This document shows, in pieces, positions 55,317-63,201 of a stretch of 64,000 bases of DNA. Position 1 is the first letter of the stretch; each line of letters opens with the position of its first letter. Source of the stretch: Bacteroidota bacterium (GTDB lineage: Bacteria; Bacteroidota; Bacteroidia; CAILMK01); NCBI GenBank assembly GCA_034440515.1, contig JAWXCF010000074.1:762-64761 (forward strand). The letters are read 5' to 3'. A model generated the notes under the pieces. That model did no database searches. It was given only the letters and a program-made list of their open reading frames with translations, and was not told the DNA's origin. Both the position numbers and the translations under genes were made by a program.

Positions 55317-55321
55317 TTAAG

Positions 55322-55329
55322 CAAAGATA
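55322..55329 (-). promoter_or_regulatory. Putative -7 box for mntH::usp
   Basis: Minus strand TATCTTTG, 6 nt before the ATG (near-leaderless). Lies in the 38-nt mntR-mntH gap. Confidence 0.35.
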
Positions 55330-55342
55330 TAATTAATTTAAA

Positions 55343-55360
55343 ATTTAGGCTACCCTAAAT
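55343..55360. promoter_or_regulatory. Inverted repeat ATTTAGG-N4-CCTAAAT, candidate MntR/DtxR-type operator
   Basis: Perfect 7-4-7 palindrome overlapping the mntR stop codon, about 14 nt upstream of the putative mntH -7 box. Its arms resemble the TTAGG...CCTAA ends of the DtxR box. Confidence 0.3.
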
Positions 55361-56023
55361 AATATTTTTTGTTACATATATACTCTCTGCTACCTGCTTA
55401 GACATATACATTTTATTGCCATCTAGTTCAATTACCAAGCTATTATCAAATTCCCACTTTTCTAATATTTTAATTTTGCTATCTATTTGCAATTTTAATT
55501 GATCTAAGTGATGTAAAAATGAATATTGGTGATTGGCTACGCCTATAACTTTTAGGTCAATTTCATTAGGTGCTTCTGCTAATATCAATTTATTAGTAGG
55601 TTTTATTTCACCTTTTGCATTCGGTATGGGATCCCCGTGTGGATCTATTATAGGATATTGAAGGTATTCATCTAATTTTTCAATGAGTAGTTCACTGTTA
55701 ATATGCTCTAATTGCTCAGCAATATCGTGAATATCGTACCAAGATATTTTAAGTTTTTTAAATAAGAAAGTTTCCCATAACCTGTGTTTTCTAATAAGTA
55801 TAACTGCTAATTGTAAGCCTTTTTCTGTTAAAGATGCCCCAGAATATTTTACATAGTCTATTAAATCTTTCTCGTGAAGTTTTTTCAACATTTCTGTTAC
55901 AGTTGGTGCAGATGTATTTAGAGCATTAGATAATAATGATGTACTAGCAACATTGTCAAGGCTTTGCTGTTGAATATTATAAATAGATTTTAAATAATTT
56001 TCTTCGGTAGAAGTCATTGCCAT
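55355..56023 (-). CDS. mntR: DtxR/MntR family metal-dependent transcriptional regulator with C-terminal FeoA/SH3-like domain
   Basis: TSTEENYLKSIY and APTVTEMLKKLHEKDLI winged-helix region; HRLWETFL dimerisation/metal region. Confidence 0.85.
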   Translation of the reverse strand: MAMTSTEENYLKSIYNIQQQSLDNVASTSLLSNALNTSAPTVTEMLKKLHEKDLIDYVKYSGASLTEKGLQLAVILIRKHRLWETFLFKKLKISWYDIHDIAEQLEHINSELLIEKLDEYLQYPIIDPHGDPIPNAKGEIKPTNKLILAEAPNEIDLKVIGVANHQYSFLHHLDQLKLQIDSKIKILEKWEFDNSLVIELDGNKMYMSKQVAESIYVTKNII

Positions 56024-56105
56024 AAATAAGTGTTAATAAATAAACTTTTTTTGAATACTAAATGTATACTTTTTGAAGTTATATTTGAAATTGAGATTAC
56101 TAGTT

Positions 56106-56225
56106 ATGAAAAAAGTTTTTATTGCCATTTGTATAACTGCGGGCATCATCATTTTGAACGCTTGCAATAGAGATTCTTGCCCACAACACACTGACTCTGG
56201 AAAAGTAGAGAACAGTAGAGGTTAA
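56106..56225 (+). CDS. Putative 39-aa lipoprotein (not in ORF track)
   Basis: ATG, then MKKVFIAICITAGIIILNAC (lipobox LNAC), then NRDSCPQHTDSGKVENSRG and TAA. Shares the C-x4-C-P motif with the ORF at 52390. Confidence 0.35.
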   Translation: MKKVFIAICITAGIIILNACNRDSCPQHTDSGKVENSRG

Positions 56226-56239
56226 TAATTTCCCATAGA

Positions 56240-56647
56240 CTATTCATAGATAAAGCTAACATTCTGTTGAATTTCTGGATGCAAACTTTTTGCTACAGGA
56301 CAATTTAATCCAATGGCTTCTAATATTTCCCTGTTACTTTCAGTATCAGGTTCAATTTTTATTGTCATATTCACAATAATTTCACTTATTCTGCGAGGGT
56401 TACTTGACATTGCTTTTTTCACGTCAGTCTCCATCTTAACAATGCTGATTCCCCTACCCTCTGCTCCTATTGCCATCATTGTTGTCATACAATTTGCTAA
56501 TGAAGTGGCAGTTAAATCTGTTGGAGAAAAGGCCTCTCCCTTTCCGTGGTTATCTAACGGTGCATCTGTCATTATAGACTTGCCACTTAATATGTGAATA
56601 GCTTCAGTTCTTAATTCACCCTTGTAATAAACTTTAGAGGTCGACAT
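56240..56647 (-). CDS. OsmC family peroxiredoxin-like protein
   Basis: 135 aa with two conserved Cys (LANCM, GLNCPV) typical of OsmC/Ohr. Confidence 0.85.
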   Translation of the reverse strand: MSTSKVYYKGELRTEAIHILSGKSIMTDAPLDNHGKGEAFSPTDLTATSLANCMTTMMAIGAEGRGISIVKMETDVKKAMSSNPRRISEIIVNMTIKIEPDTESNREILEAIGLNCPVAKSLHPEIQQNVSFIYE

Positions 56648-56679
56648 AATTTCTTTATTTATTTACTTAATTAAAATCA

Positions 56680-56687
56680 CAAACTTA
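56680..56687 (-). promoter_or_regulatory. Putative -7 box for the OsmC gene
   Basis: Minus strand TAAGTTTG; start 33 nt downstream. Confidence 0.4.
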
Positions 56688-56772
56688 AACCTTTAGAAAT
56701 TAGTAAAAATATTGTCTTAAATTTTTTTTAGAAAATTGGCACATTTTACGCCATCAGTTGTTATGGATAGTA

Positions 56773-56791
56773 TGTTTACAAATTGTAAACA
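56773..56791. promoter_or_regulatory. Inverted repeat TGTTTACA-AAT-TGTAAACA upstream of lipA
   Basis: Perfect 8-3-8 palindrome ending 8 nt before the lipA -7 box. Confidence 0.3.
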
Positions 56792-56799
56792 CTTACTAC

Positions 56800-56807
56800 T
56801 AAATTTG
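56800..56807 (+). promoter_or_regulatory. Putative -7 box for lipA
   Basis: TAAATTTG; ATG 56827 is 20 nt downstream. Confidence 0.45.
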
Positions 56808-56826
56808 CAGAAAGTAACGATTGCTA

Positions 56827-57765
56827 ATGTCGGAATTAGAAATAAACACTATTGTACCAATAAATAGGGTACTTGCTGAACCTGATACAACTAACTCTCG
56901 TAGATTGTACAAAAAGCCAGCTTGGTTAAAAGTTAAACTACCGGTAGGTGAAAACTACAAGAAGGTGCGTGAGTTGGTAGACAGATACAAGTTACATACT
57001 ATTTGTGAAAGTGGGAACTGTCCAAATATGGGAGAATGTTGGGGAGCTGGAACTGCTACCTTTATGATTTTGGGCAATGTTTGTACTAGGTCTTGTTCAT
57101 TTTGTGCAGTAGCAACAGGAAGACCCAAAACATTAGATACCAATGAACCGGAACGTGTAGCTGAAGCTGTTGCATTAATGAACATAAAACACTGTGTAAT
57201 AACTAGTGTAAATAGAGATGAGTTGCCAGATAGAGGGGCAAGCATATGGGCTGAGACTATTAAAAGAATAAAAATGAGTAGTCCAAATACTACAATTGAG
57301 GTATTAATTCCAGATGTTAAGGCAAATTGGGATGCACTTCAATTGATAATAGATGAGGGTGCTGATGTTATAAGTCATAATATAGAGACTGTAAGCAGCC
57401 TATATAGAAAGGTAAGACCACAAGCCAAATATGAGCGTTCACTTGAACAACTATATAGGACTAAAAAAGCTGGAGCAAGGACTAAGAGTGGTTTTATGGT
57501 AGGACTAGGTGAAACAGACGATGAAGTTCAAGTACTAATGACTGACTTAGTCGAAACTGGCCTTGATGTATTAACTATTGGGCAATATCTTCAACCGACG
57601 GCTATGCACTTAGCAGTAGAATCATTTGTAACTCCCGATAAATTTAAAGATTTTGAGGTAAAAGGTTATGAATTAGGATTTGATTATGTTGAGTCTGGAC
57701 CTTTAGTTAGATCATCATATCACAGTGAACGTCACGTATTTTCAAATAGAAGGAAGGAGAGTTAA
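56827..57765 (+). CDS. lipA: Lipoyl synthase
   Basis: N-terminal cluster [12 protein letters not shown] and radical-SAM CTRSCSFC. I prefer the ATG at 56827 over the TTG at 56821. Confidence 0.95.
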   Translation: MSELEINTIVPINRVLAEPDTTNSRRLYKKPAWLKVKLPVGENYKKVRELVDRYKLHTICESGNCPNMGECWGAGTATFMILGNVCTRSCSFCAVATGRPKTLDTNEPERVAEAVALMNIKHCVITSVNRDELPDRGASIWAETIKRIKMSSPNTTIEVLIPDVKANWDALQLIIDEGADVISHNIETVSSLYRKVRPQAKYERSLEQLYRTKKAGARTKSGFMVGLGETDDEVQVLMTDLVETGLDVLTIGQYLQPTAMHLAVESFVTPDKFKDFEVKGYELGFDYVESGPLVRSSYHSERHVFSNRRKES

Positions 57766-57877
57766 AAAACTAATTATGTTATCACTTAAAAATAAAATAC
57801 TAATTATCAACTGTATTTATACCGACAAATACAAGAATTAGATTTAATATCTAACTAATATAATCGGATATAACTGT

Positions 57878-57885
57878 TAAATTTG
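57878..57885 (+). promoter_or_regulatory. Putative -7 box for the T9SS cargo gene
   Basis: TAAATTTG; ATG 63 nt downstream. Confidence 0.35.
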
Positions 57886-57947
57886 GATATTGACTTTTAG
57901 AGGCGAATTCCTTATACAATTAAAAGAAAATAAGAATAAATTAGAAT

Positions 57948-60902
57948 ATGTACAAAAAACGACTAAAAAGAACAGTGTTAGTCTCTGGATTTGCACTAGT
58001 GGGCTTCGGCTTATTCGCTGCAAACCCGTTTCAAGTGAAAGATAAATTGACATCTCTGTTTAACGAGAAGGCATATGAATCTGAAGAAGATGAAGAGGGG
58101 GAAAGAGCTTCAATAGCTGGTGCAGCTGAATATTACAATTCAATAAAGGCAGACCTGAGAACAGGTCAAGTTGACCCTGCAGAAGTTGCAGCGGTTGACC
58201 GTGAATTAAGTAATAAACCAAGAGCAAAAGCACTTGGATCTTGGATAAACTGGGATGAAGTAGGTCCAGATAATGTTGGCGGTAGAAGTCGTTCACTTAT
58301 CATAGACAGAGAAGACAATAGAGTTATATATTCTGGTGGAGTAAGTGGCGGTATGTGGAAAAGTATGGACGGAGGTACAACCTGGTCTAGAATCGGAAAC
58401 TTAGACGTCAACAATATAAATGTAAGTTGCTTAACGCAAACTGCAGACGGAGACTTGTTTTACGGTACTGGTGAGAGTGGATTTTTATCTATTGCGCAAG
58501 GTGACGGTAATAGTGGTTTCAGGGGTAGGGGTATGTTCACTTCTAAAGATAAAGGCGCAACTTGGACTCAAATAGTATCAACAGACCCTGGAGCAAATGT
58601 ATTTTCAGGTGCTTGGGTAAATGTTCATAGCCTCAATTCTCACCCTACTAATCCAGACAAATTATTTGCAGGTAACGATGGTGGATTATACGTATCAAAT
58701 AACGGTGGAACTACCTGGACAAGACCTGCTGGCGTACCAAACAATCAATCTGCAAAAGCAATAACAATTTCACCTGATGGTAACACTGTGTTATTTGCAT
58801 CTGCAAATGGTAACCCTGGTAGTTCATATCAATTATGGAGATCAACTGATGCTGGAAATACGTTTGCGAGAGTAGGTACAACGACAATATCTTCTGCTTC
58901 TTGCAGCTATGTAATAGGAATAAGCACCAAAGATCCAAACGTAATTTACCTTTCTTCAGCATCATCTGCTGGTACATCTTTCGGCAGACTAGAGGGTATA
59001 TATAAATCAATAGATAATGGAGCAACTTGGGCTAAAATAGCAACAGGTGATGCTTACTTTAATCCACTAGCTAATCAAGGATATTACGATCACTGCATTG
59101 CAATTGACCCTACCAATGAAAATAGATTTTTTATAGCTGGTCTAAATATGTGGCAAGGTACTTTAGTAAACGGAGTTTACCAGTTTAGTCAAATGACAAA
59201 TTGGTCAGCGGAGTTTTTTGGAGGAGGATTTAGAAACCCTGCTTTTGTACACGCAGACCAACACGTTATGATGTTTGATAGAAGCGAAACTAGACCAGCT
59301 CTTTATATAGCTAGTGATGGTGGAGTATCTAAATCAGTTGACATTACTTATTCTAAAACACCTTCATTCTTCAATGCAGATTATGGCGTTGCAACAGTTC
59401 AATTTTATGGAATTGGTATTTCATCTTATGATAAAAATGAAATTATTGGTGGTACACAAGATAACGGTGTAATTCGTGTTGACAAAAGCGGTATTACTTT
59501 ATTAAATGGTACAGATATAAAAGGTGGTGACGGTGGATATTCTGAAATAAGTTTAATAAACCCATCACTTTATTTTGGTGAATATATATATGGTGATATA
59601 AGTCGTTCATTTACTAAAGGATCTGAAAATAGCTGGGCAAACTTCTTTGATCAAAGAATTCCACCTGCCGGAAATGACCAAAATAACTATGAATTTATAG
59701 TTAAAATTAAACTTTGGGAGAAATTAAATGATTTTACTTCAGTTGACAGCGTAGAATTTGTTGATGTTACAAAGTCTTATAAAGCTGGAGATGAGATAAA
59801 AGTACGTAGTAAAACTGGTTATATATTTAGCTACACACTAACATCTGCACTTCCTATGAATTCAAAAATTAAAGTGCAAGACCCAGTTCAATCTAAGTTT
59901 ATAGTAGCTACTAAAGGCAAAGGAATTTGGCTGACTAAAGATGCAAGTACTCCTGCTAGCTCACCCGAGTATTTTAGAATTGCAAATGCTCCTGGCTTTA
60001 GTGCAAATGACTTTGAATTTACACCCGATGGTAATACATTATTCGCATCAGGTAAAGAATTAGGAAATGCTGTTGTATATAGAATTACTGGATTAGCAGG
60101 TAAGAAGTTTCAATATAGAAAGTTTGCTGGTAGTTTAAACCCAGAGTTTAGACCAGACAGTATAGGCATAGTAACAACTAAAATTTACACTTCTCCAGGT
60201 CAAGTTGCTACTGGTATTTACGTTGACCCAAAAGATGCTAATCACGTTTTAATGTCTTTAGGTAACTATGGTTTCCCTAATCACGTATTTAGATCTAAAA
60301 ATGCAATGAGTACTACTGCCAATTCTGTAGCCTTTACAAATATTACTTCTAACTTACCTAGATTTCCAGTATATGATGTACTTATCAGTAGTAAATTTAG
60401 CAATGAATACATAATTGGAACCGAATATGGTGTATGGGCTTCTAAAAATCAGGGCACTACTTGGACTGAAGAAAATCTAGGAATGGAACGTGTTCCTGTG
60501 TTTGAACTAAGACAAATGACCTATAGTAACAAGCCTTGGGCTGGTCCAGTCCTTTTTGCTGCCACTCACGGTAGGGGGGTATTCCGTACATCTACACTAG
60601 AGACGGGAATATTCGAACCATTAGGTGATAAGAAAAGTAGATATGAGTCAAATATTAGTGTATATCCGAATCCAGCCAATGCTTTCACCAACTTGAAACT
60701 AAATGTTGCTAAACAAGGTGTAGCTGTTGTAAATGTTTTTGATATAACAGGTCGCCTGGTGCAAACTAATCAATTGGGAATTCAATTAAGTGGTGAAAGG
60801 ACTTTAACTATTGATACAGATAAACTGAAAGTAGGTTCTTACTTTGCCAGAGTTCAGGTAGGTGGTGAAACTCAGACTGTGAAATTTAGTGTGGTGAGAT
60901 AA
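57948..60902 (+). CDS. Secreted Asp-box (BNR/sortilin-VPS10-like) beta-propeller protein with T9SS C-terminal sorting domain
   Basis: Signal/TM at the N-terminus. Repeated SxDxGxTW boxes (SMDGGTTW, SKDKGATW, SNNGGTTW, SIDNGATW, SKNQGTTW). C-terminal VYPNPA... T9SS type-A-like CTD. Confidence 0.8.
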   Translation: MYKKRLKRTVLVSGFALVGFGLFAANPFQVKDKLTSLFNEKAYESEEDEEGERASIAGAAEYYNSIKADLRTGQVDPAEVAAVDRELSNKPRAKALGSWINWDEVGPDNVGGRSRSLIIDREDNRVIYSGGVSGGMWKSMDGGTTWSRIGNLDVNNINVSCLTQTADGDLFYGTGESGFLSIAQGDGNSGFRGRGMFTSKDKGATWTQIVSTDPGANVFSGAWVNVHSLNSHPTNPDKLFAGNDGGLYVSNNGGTTWTRPAGVPNNQSAKAITISPDGNTVLFASANGNPGSSYQLWRSTDAGNTFARVGTTTISSASCSYVIGISTKDPNVIYLSSASSAGTSFGRLEGIYKSIDNGATWAKIATGDAYFNPLANQGYYDHCIAIDPTNENRFFIAGLNMWQGTLVNGVYQFSQMTNWSAEFFGGGFRNPAFVHADQHVMMFDRSETRPALYIASDGGVSKSVDITYSKTPSFFNADYGVATVQFYGIGISSYDKNEIIGGTQDNGVIRVDKSGITLLNGTDIKGGDGGYSEISLINPSLYFGEYIYGDISRSFTKGSENSWANFFDQRIPPAGNDQNNYEFIVKIKLWEKLNDFTSVDSVEFVDVTKSYKAGDEIKVRSKTGYIFSYTLTSALPMNSKIKVQDPVQSKFIVATKGKGIWLTKDASTPASSPEYFRIANAPGFSANDFEFTPDGNTLFASGKELGNAVVYRITGLAGKKFQYRKFAGSLNPEFRPDSIGIVTTKIYTSPGQVATGIYVDPKDANHVLMSLGNYGFPNHVFRSKNAMSTTANSVAFTNITSNLPRFPVYDVLISSKFSNEYIIGTEYGVWASKNQGTTWTEENLGMERVPVFELRQMTYSNKPWAGPVLFAATHGRGVFRTSTLETGIFEPLGDKKSRYESNISVYPNPANAFTNLKLNVAKQGVAVVNVFDITGRLVQTNQLGIQLSGERTLTIDTDKLKVGSYFARVQVGGETQTVKFSVVR

Positions 60903-60927
60903 TCACTTCAAGATCTATTAAAAATAG

Positions 60928-60962
60928 AAAAGGCTGTTAAAATATTTTAGCAGCCTTTTTTT
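60928..60962. terminator. Bidirectional terminator between the T9SS cargo gene and rimK
   Basis: Stem AAAAGGCTG / CAGCCTTTT followed by a T-run. Confidence 0.7.
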
Positions 60963-60982
60963 ATACGTTAATATTTAATTAT

Positions 60983-61885
60983 TTATGCGTCAAATGGGTT
61001 TTTAATTTTTCTGTGCACGTTAGACTCTATGTAAGTAAATATTTTATCTGCTACATTTACACCGGTACTCTTCTCTATACCCTCCAGACCTGGACTACTA
61101 TTTACTTCCATTACTAATGGTCCACGCTCTGACTGCAATAAATCTACCCCACAAATAGAAAGGCCTAATGCTTTTGCGGCATCAATAGCTATTTGACGCT
61201 CTGCCTTTGTCAGACGAACTTTTTGTGCATATCCTCCTTGATGTAGATTGCTTCTAAATTCACCCTTGGTGCTTTGTCTAGCCATACTAGCTACAACTCT
61301 ATCTCCAACTATCAATACTCTAATATCTCTACCATTAGCCTCTTTAATAAATTCTTGAACCAAAATATTGGCCTTCAGTCCAAAAAATGCATCTAATGCG
61401 CTCTTTGCAGCATTGTATGTTTCTGCTAAAACGACACCGTTGCCCTGAGTGCCCTCTAACAGTTTAATGATGATAGGTGGTCCACCTACTTGTTTCATCA
61501 TCACTTTAATATCTTCTGGTGTGGCTGCAAAAGCAGTATGTGGCATATCAATATTATGTCTACTAAGTATCTGCATACTTCTTAATTTATCTCTGCTACG
61601 AACTATAGCTTGAGATTTAACTGTAGTAAATACTCCCAACATTTCGAACTGCCTAACTACTGCCGACCCGTAAAACGTTCTACTGGCTCCAATCCTGGGA
61701 ATGATGGCATCTGGCAATTCTAATTGACTACTGCCAACATATAGACAAGGCTTACCTTTATCTATCATTATGTTGCAGGTCAAATAATCAATTACTTGTA
61801 CATCGTGCCCCATTCTTATTCCAGCTTCAACCAATCGCTCAGTTGAATATAATTTTGGATTTCGGCTTAATACCCAGATTTTCAT
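60983..61885 (-). CDS. rimK: RimK family alpha-L-glutamate ligase (ATP-grasp)
   Basis: 300 aa ATP-grasp protein with [17 protein letters not shown] and [13 protein letters not shown]. Confidence 0.9.
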   Translation of the reverse strand: MKIWVLSRNPKLYSTERLVEAGIRMGHDVQVIDYLTCNIMIDKGKPCLYVGSSQLELPDAIIPRIGASRTFYGSAVVRQFEMLGVFTTVKSQAIVRSRDKLRSMQILSRHNIDMPHTAFAATPEDIKVMMKQVGGPPIIIKLLEGTQGNGVVLAETYNAAKSALDAFFGLKANILVQEFIKEANGRDIRVLIVGDRVVASMARQSTKGEFRSNLHQGGYAQKVRLTKAERQIAIDAAKALGLSICGVDLLQSERGPLVMEVNSSPGLEGIEKSTGVNVADKIFTYIESNVHRKIKNPFDA

Positions 61886-61890
61886 TTTAC

Positions 61891-62352
61891 TTATAAAGTG
61901 TTGGCTGTTCCGCAGTATATTGATGAAACATCAACTAAAAATTTTCCTTTTATTGCTTTTCTACCTATCAGTATGGGATATTCCATATTTGTTCTATCAG
62001 CTAAAGATAGGTCTATTTTATATTTACGACCAGAAATTGATATTAATGTTCTAATTATGATTCGTTCCTCTACAATACCGCTTGTATTTTTAACTTTTTT
62101 TATTTTCTTTACTAATGCTGTAATTTCTATGGCTGACTGAATGGGATACTTACTATCATCTATATTGAAAGTTGCAAATAGCCTATTATTTTTTCTATGC
62201 AAATGTACCTTATTTGTGTGCAATGCCGTAGTGTAAGCACCTGTATCAACCTTGGATTCTATATTAAATATTCCTAACTTGGGTAAGGATATTATTTCCC
62301 TCCTTCCTATTATTTCTTTATTCAACTCTTTCATTATTGAATTTTTATTCAA
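61891..62352 (-). CDS. DUF785 / ATP-dependent zinc protease family protein (RimK-associated, retropepsin-like)
   Basis: 153 aa with [12 protein letters not shown] aspartic-protease-like motif. 5 nt upstream of rimK. Confidence 0.75.
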   Translation of the reverse strand: MNKNSIMKELNKEIIGRREIISLPKLGIFNIESKVDTGAYTTALHTNKVHLHRKNNRLFATFNIDDSKYPIQSAIEITALVKKIKKVKNTSGIVEERIIIRTLISISGRKYKIDLSLADRTNMEYPILIGRKAIKGKFLVDVSSIYCGTANTL

Positions 62353-62360
62353 TAATAACT

Positions 62361-62389
62361 AAAAAGCCGATTTGAAATCAAACCGGCTT
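62361..62389 (-). terminator. Terminator after the 62418-62942 gene (upstream of the DUF785-rimK pair)
   Basis: Minus strand reads AAGCCGGTTTGA-TT-TCAAATCGGCTT followed by TTTTT; one mismatch in the stem. Confidence 0.5.
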
Positions 62390-62417
62390 ATAATTTTAAT
62401 GTAAATTTATTTTTAGA

Positions 62418-62942
62418 CTATTGATTTAGAACCCATAGTAGTAAGAATACAATACCAATTATAAAAAATATCAACGCTAATATTCCAAAAATATTAGAGT
62501 AACCTGTAAATGCACCTAGTAATAATCCTAATATTAAGAATATAATAGCCATCTTCAAGTTATAATCTAAACTGTTGTGGGCTTTATACTTAACAGAATT
62601 GGATTTAACTTTAAATGCCTTCTCTAACGAATTTTTTACTGATTTATGAGCTGCAAGTTTAGTTGCTGTTATAGTTTTAGATTTACTTACAAAACTTCTT
62701 TGAAGTTTAGCTAAAGTCTTTACATTTTCTTTTTCAGGTTCAACTGATTCAGTTGATATAACTGGTGCGCCTGTTATAACCAAAGGCAATTGAATGCTAT
62801 TTTGATTAATAATTGCTAATTGGCTACTTGGAGTCAATGCCGTGCTAGTCATTTTCTTTTGCTGTGAACAAGCAGTAAATAAAATACTTGCAAATAAGCT
62901 AACTAGAATAGCCTTGAAGAATGGTGTATAAATATTTTTCAT
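62418..62942 (-). CDS. Hypothetical lipoprotein with C-terminal double TM anchor
   Basis: Lipobox FTAC, Ser/Thr/Lys-rich middle, two hydrophobic helices at the C-terminus. Confidence 0.5.
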   Translation of the reverse strand: MKNIYTPFFKAILVSLFASILFTACSQQKKMTSTALTPSSQLAIINQNSIQLPLVITGAPVISTESVEPEKENVKTLAKLQRSFVSKSKTITATKLAAHKSVKNSLEKAFKVKSNSVKYKAHNSLDYNLKMAIIFLILGLLLGAFTGYSNIFGILALIFFIIGIVFLLLWVLNQ

Positions 62943-63201
62943 AATTAAATTAAGTTTAGGTTAAGATAAATTTAACATTGGTATTGTTCACTTCCAGTCC
63001 TATTAAATAATTTTGCGCTAATAATGGTATTTATCTAAAGCTATAATAATTATTCAAGCATATGATTATAAAGTAAAATTATAAGGAGGCACTTTGTAGG
63101 TAAAGCAAAAAGATTTATATTTTATTTATAGTTTTAGATTAAGTATAATTAAATATAATGTCTTTAAATTAGGGTAAAAGGGCGAAATTCGAAACTATAA
63201 A

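Noticed and set aside
62943-63201. 259-bp AT-rich gene-free gap considered for an ncRNA or small ORF.
   Set aside because: I could find no stable hairpins, no conserved RNA motif I recognise, and no ORF with a signal or start context. It is most simply the divergent promoter region for the flanking genes.
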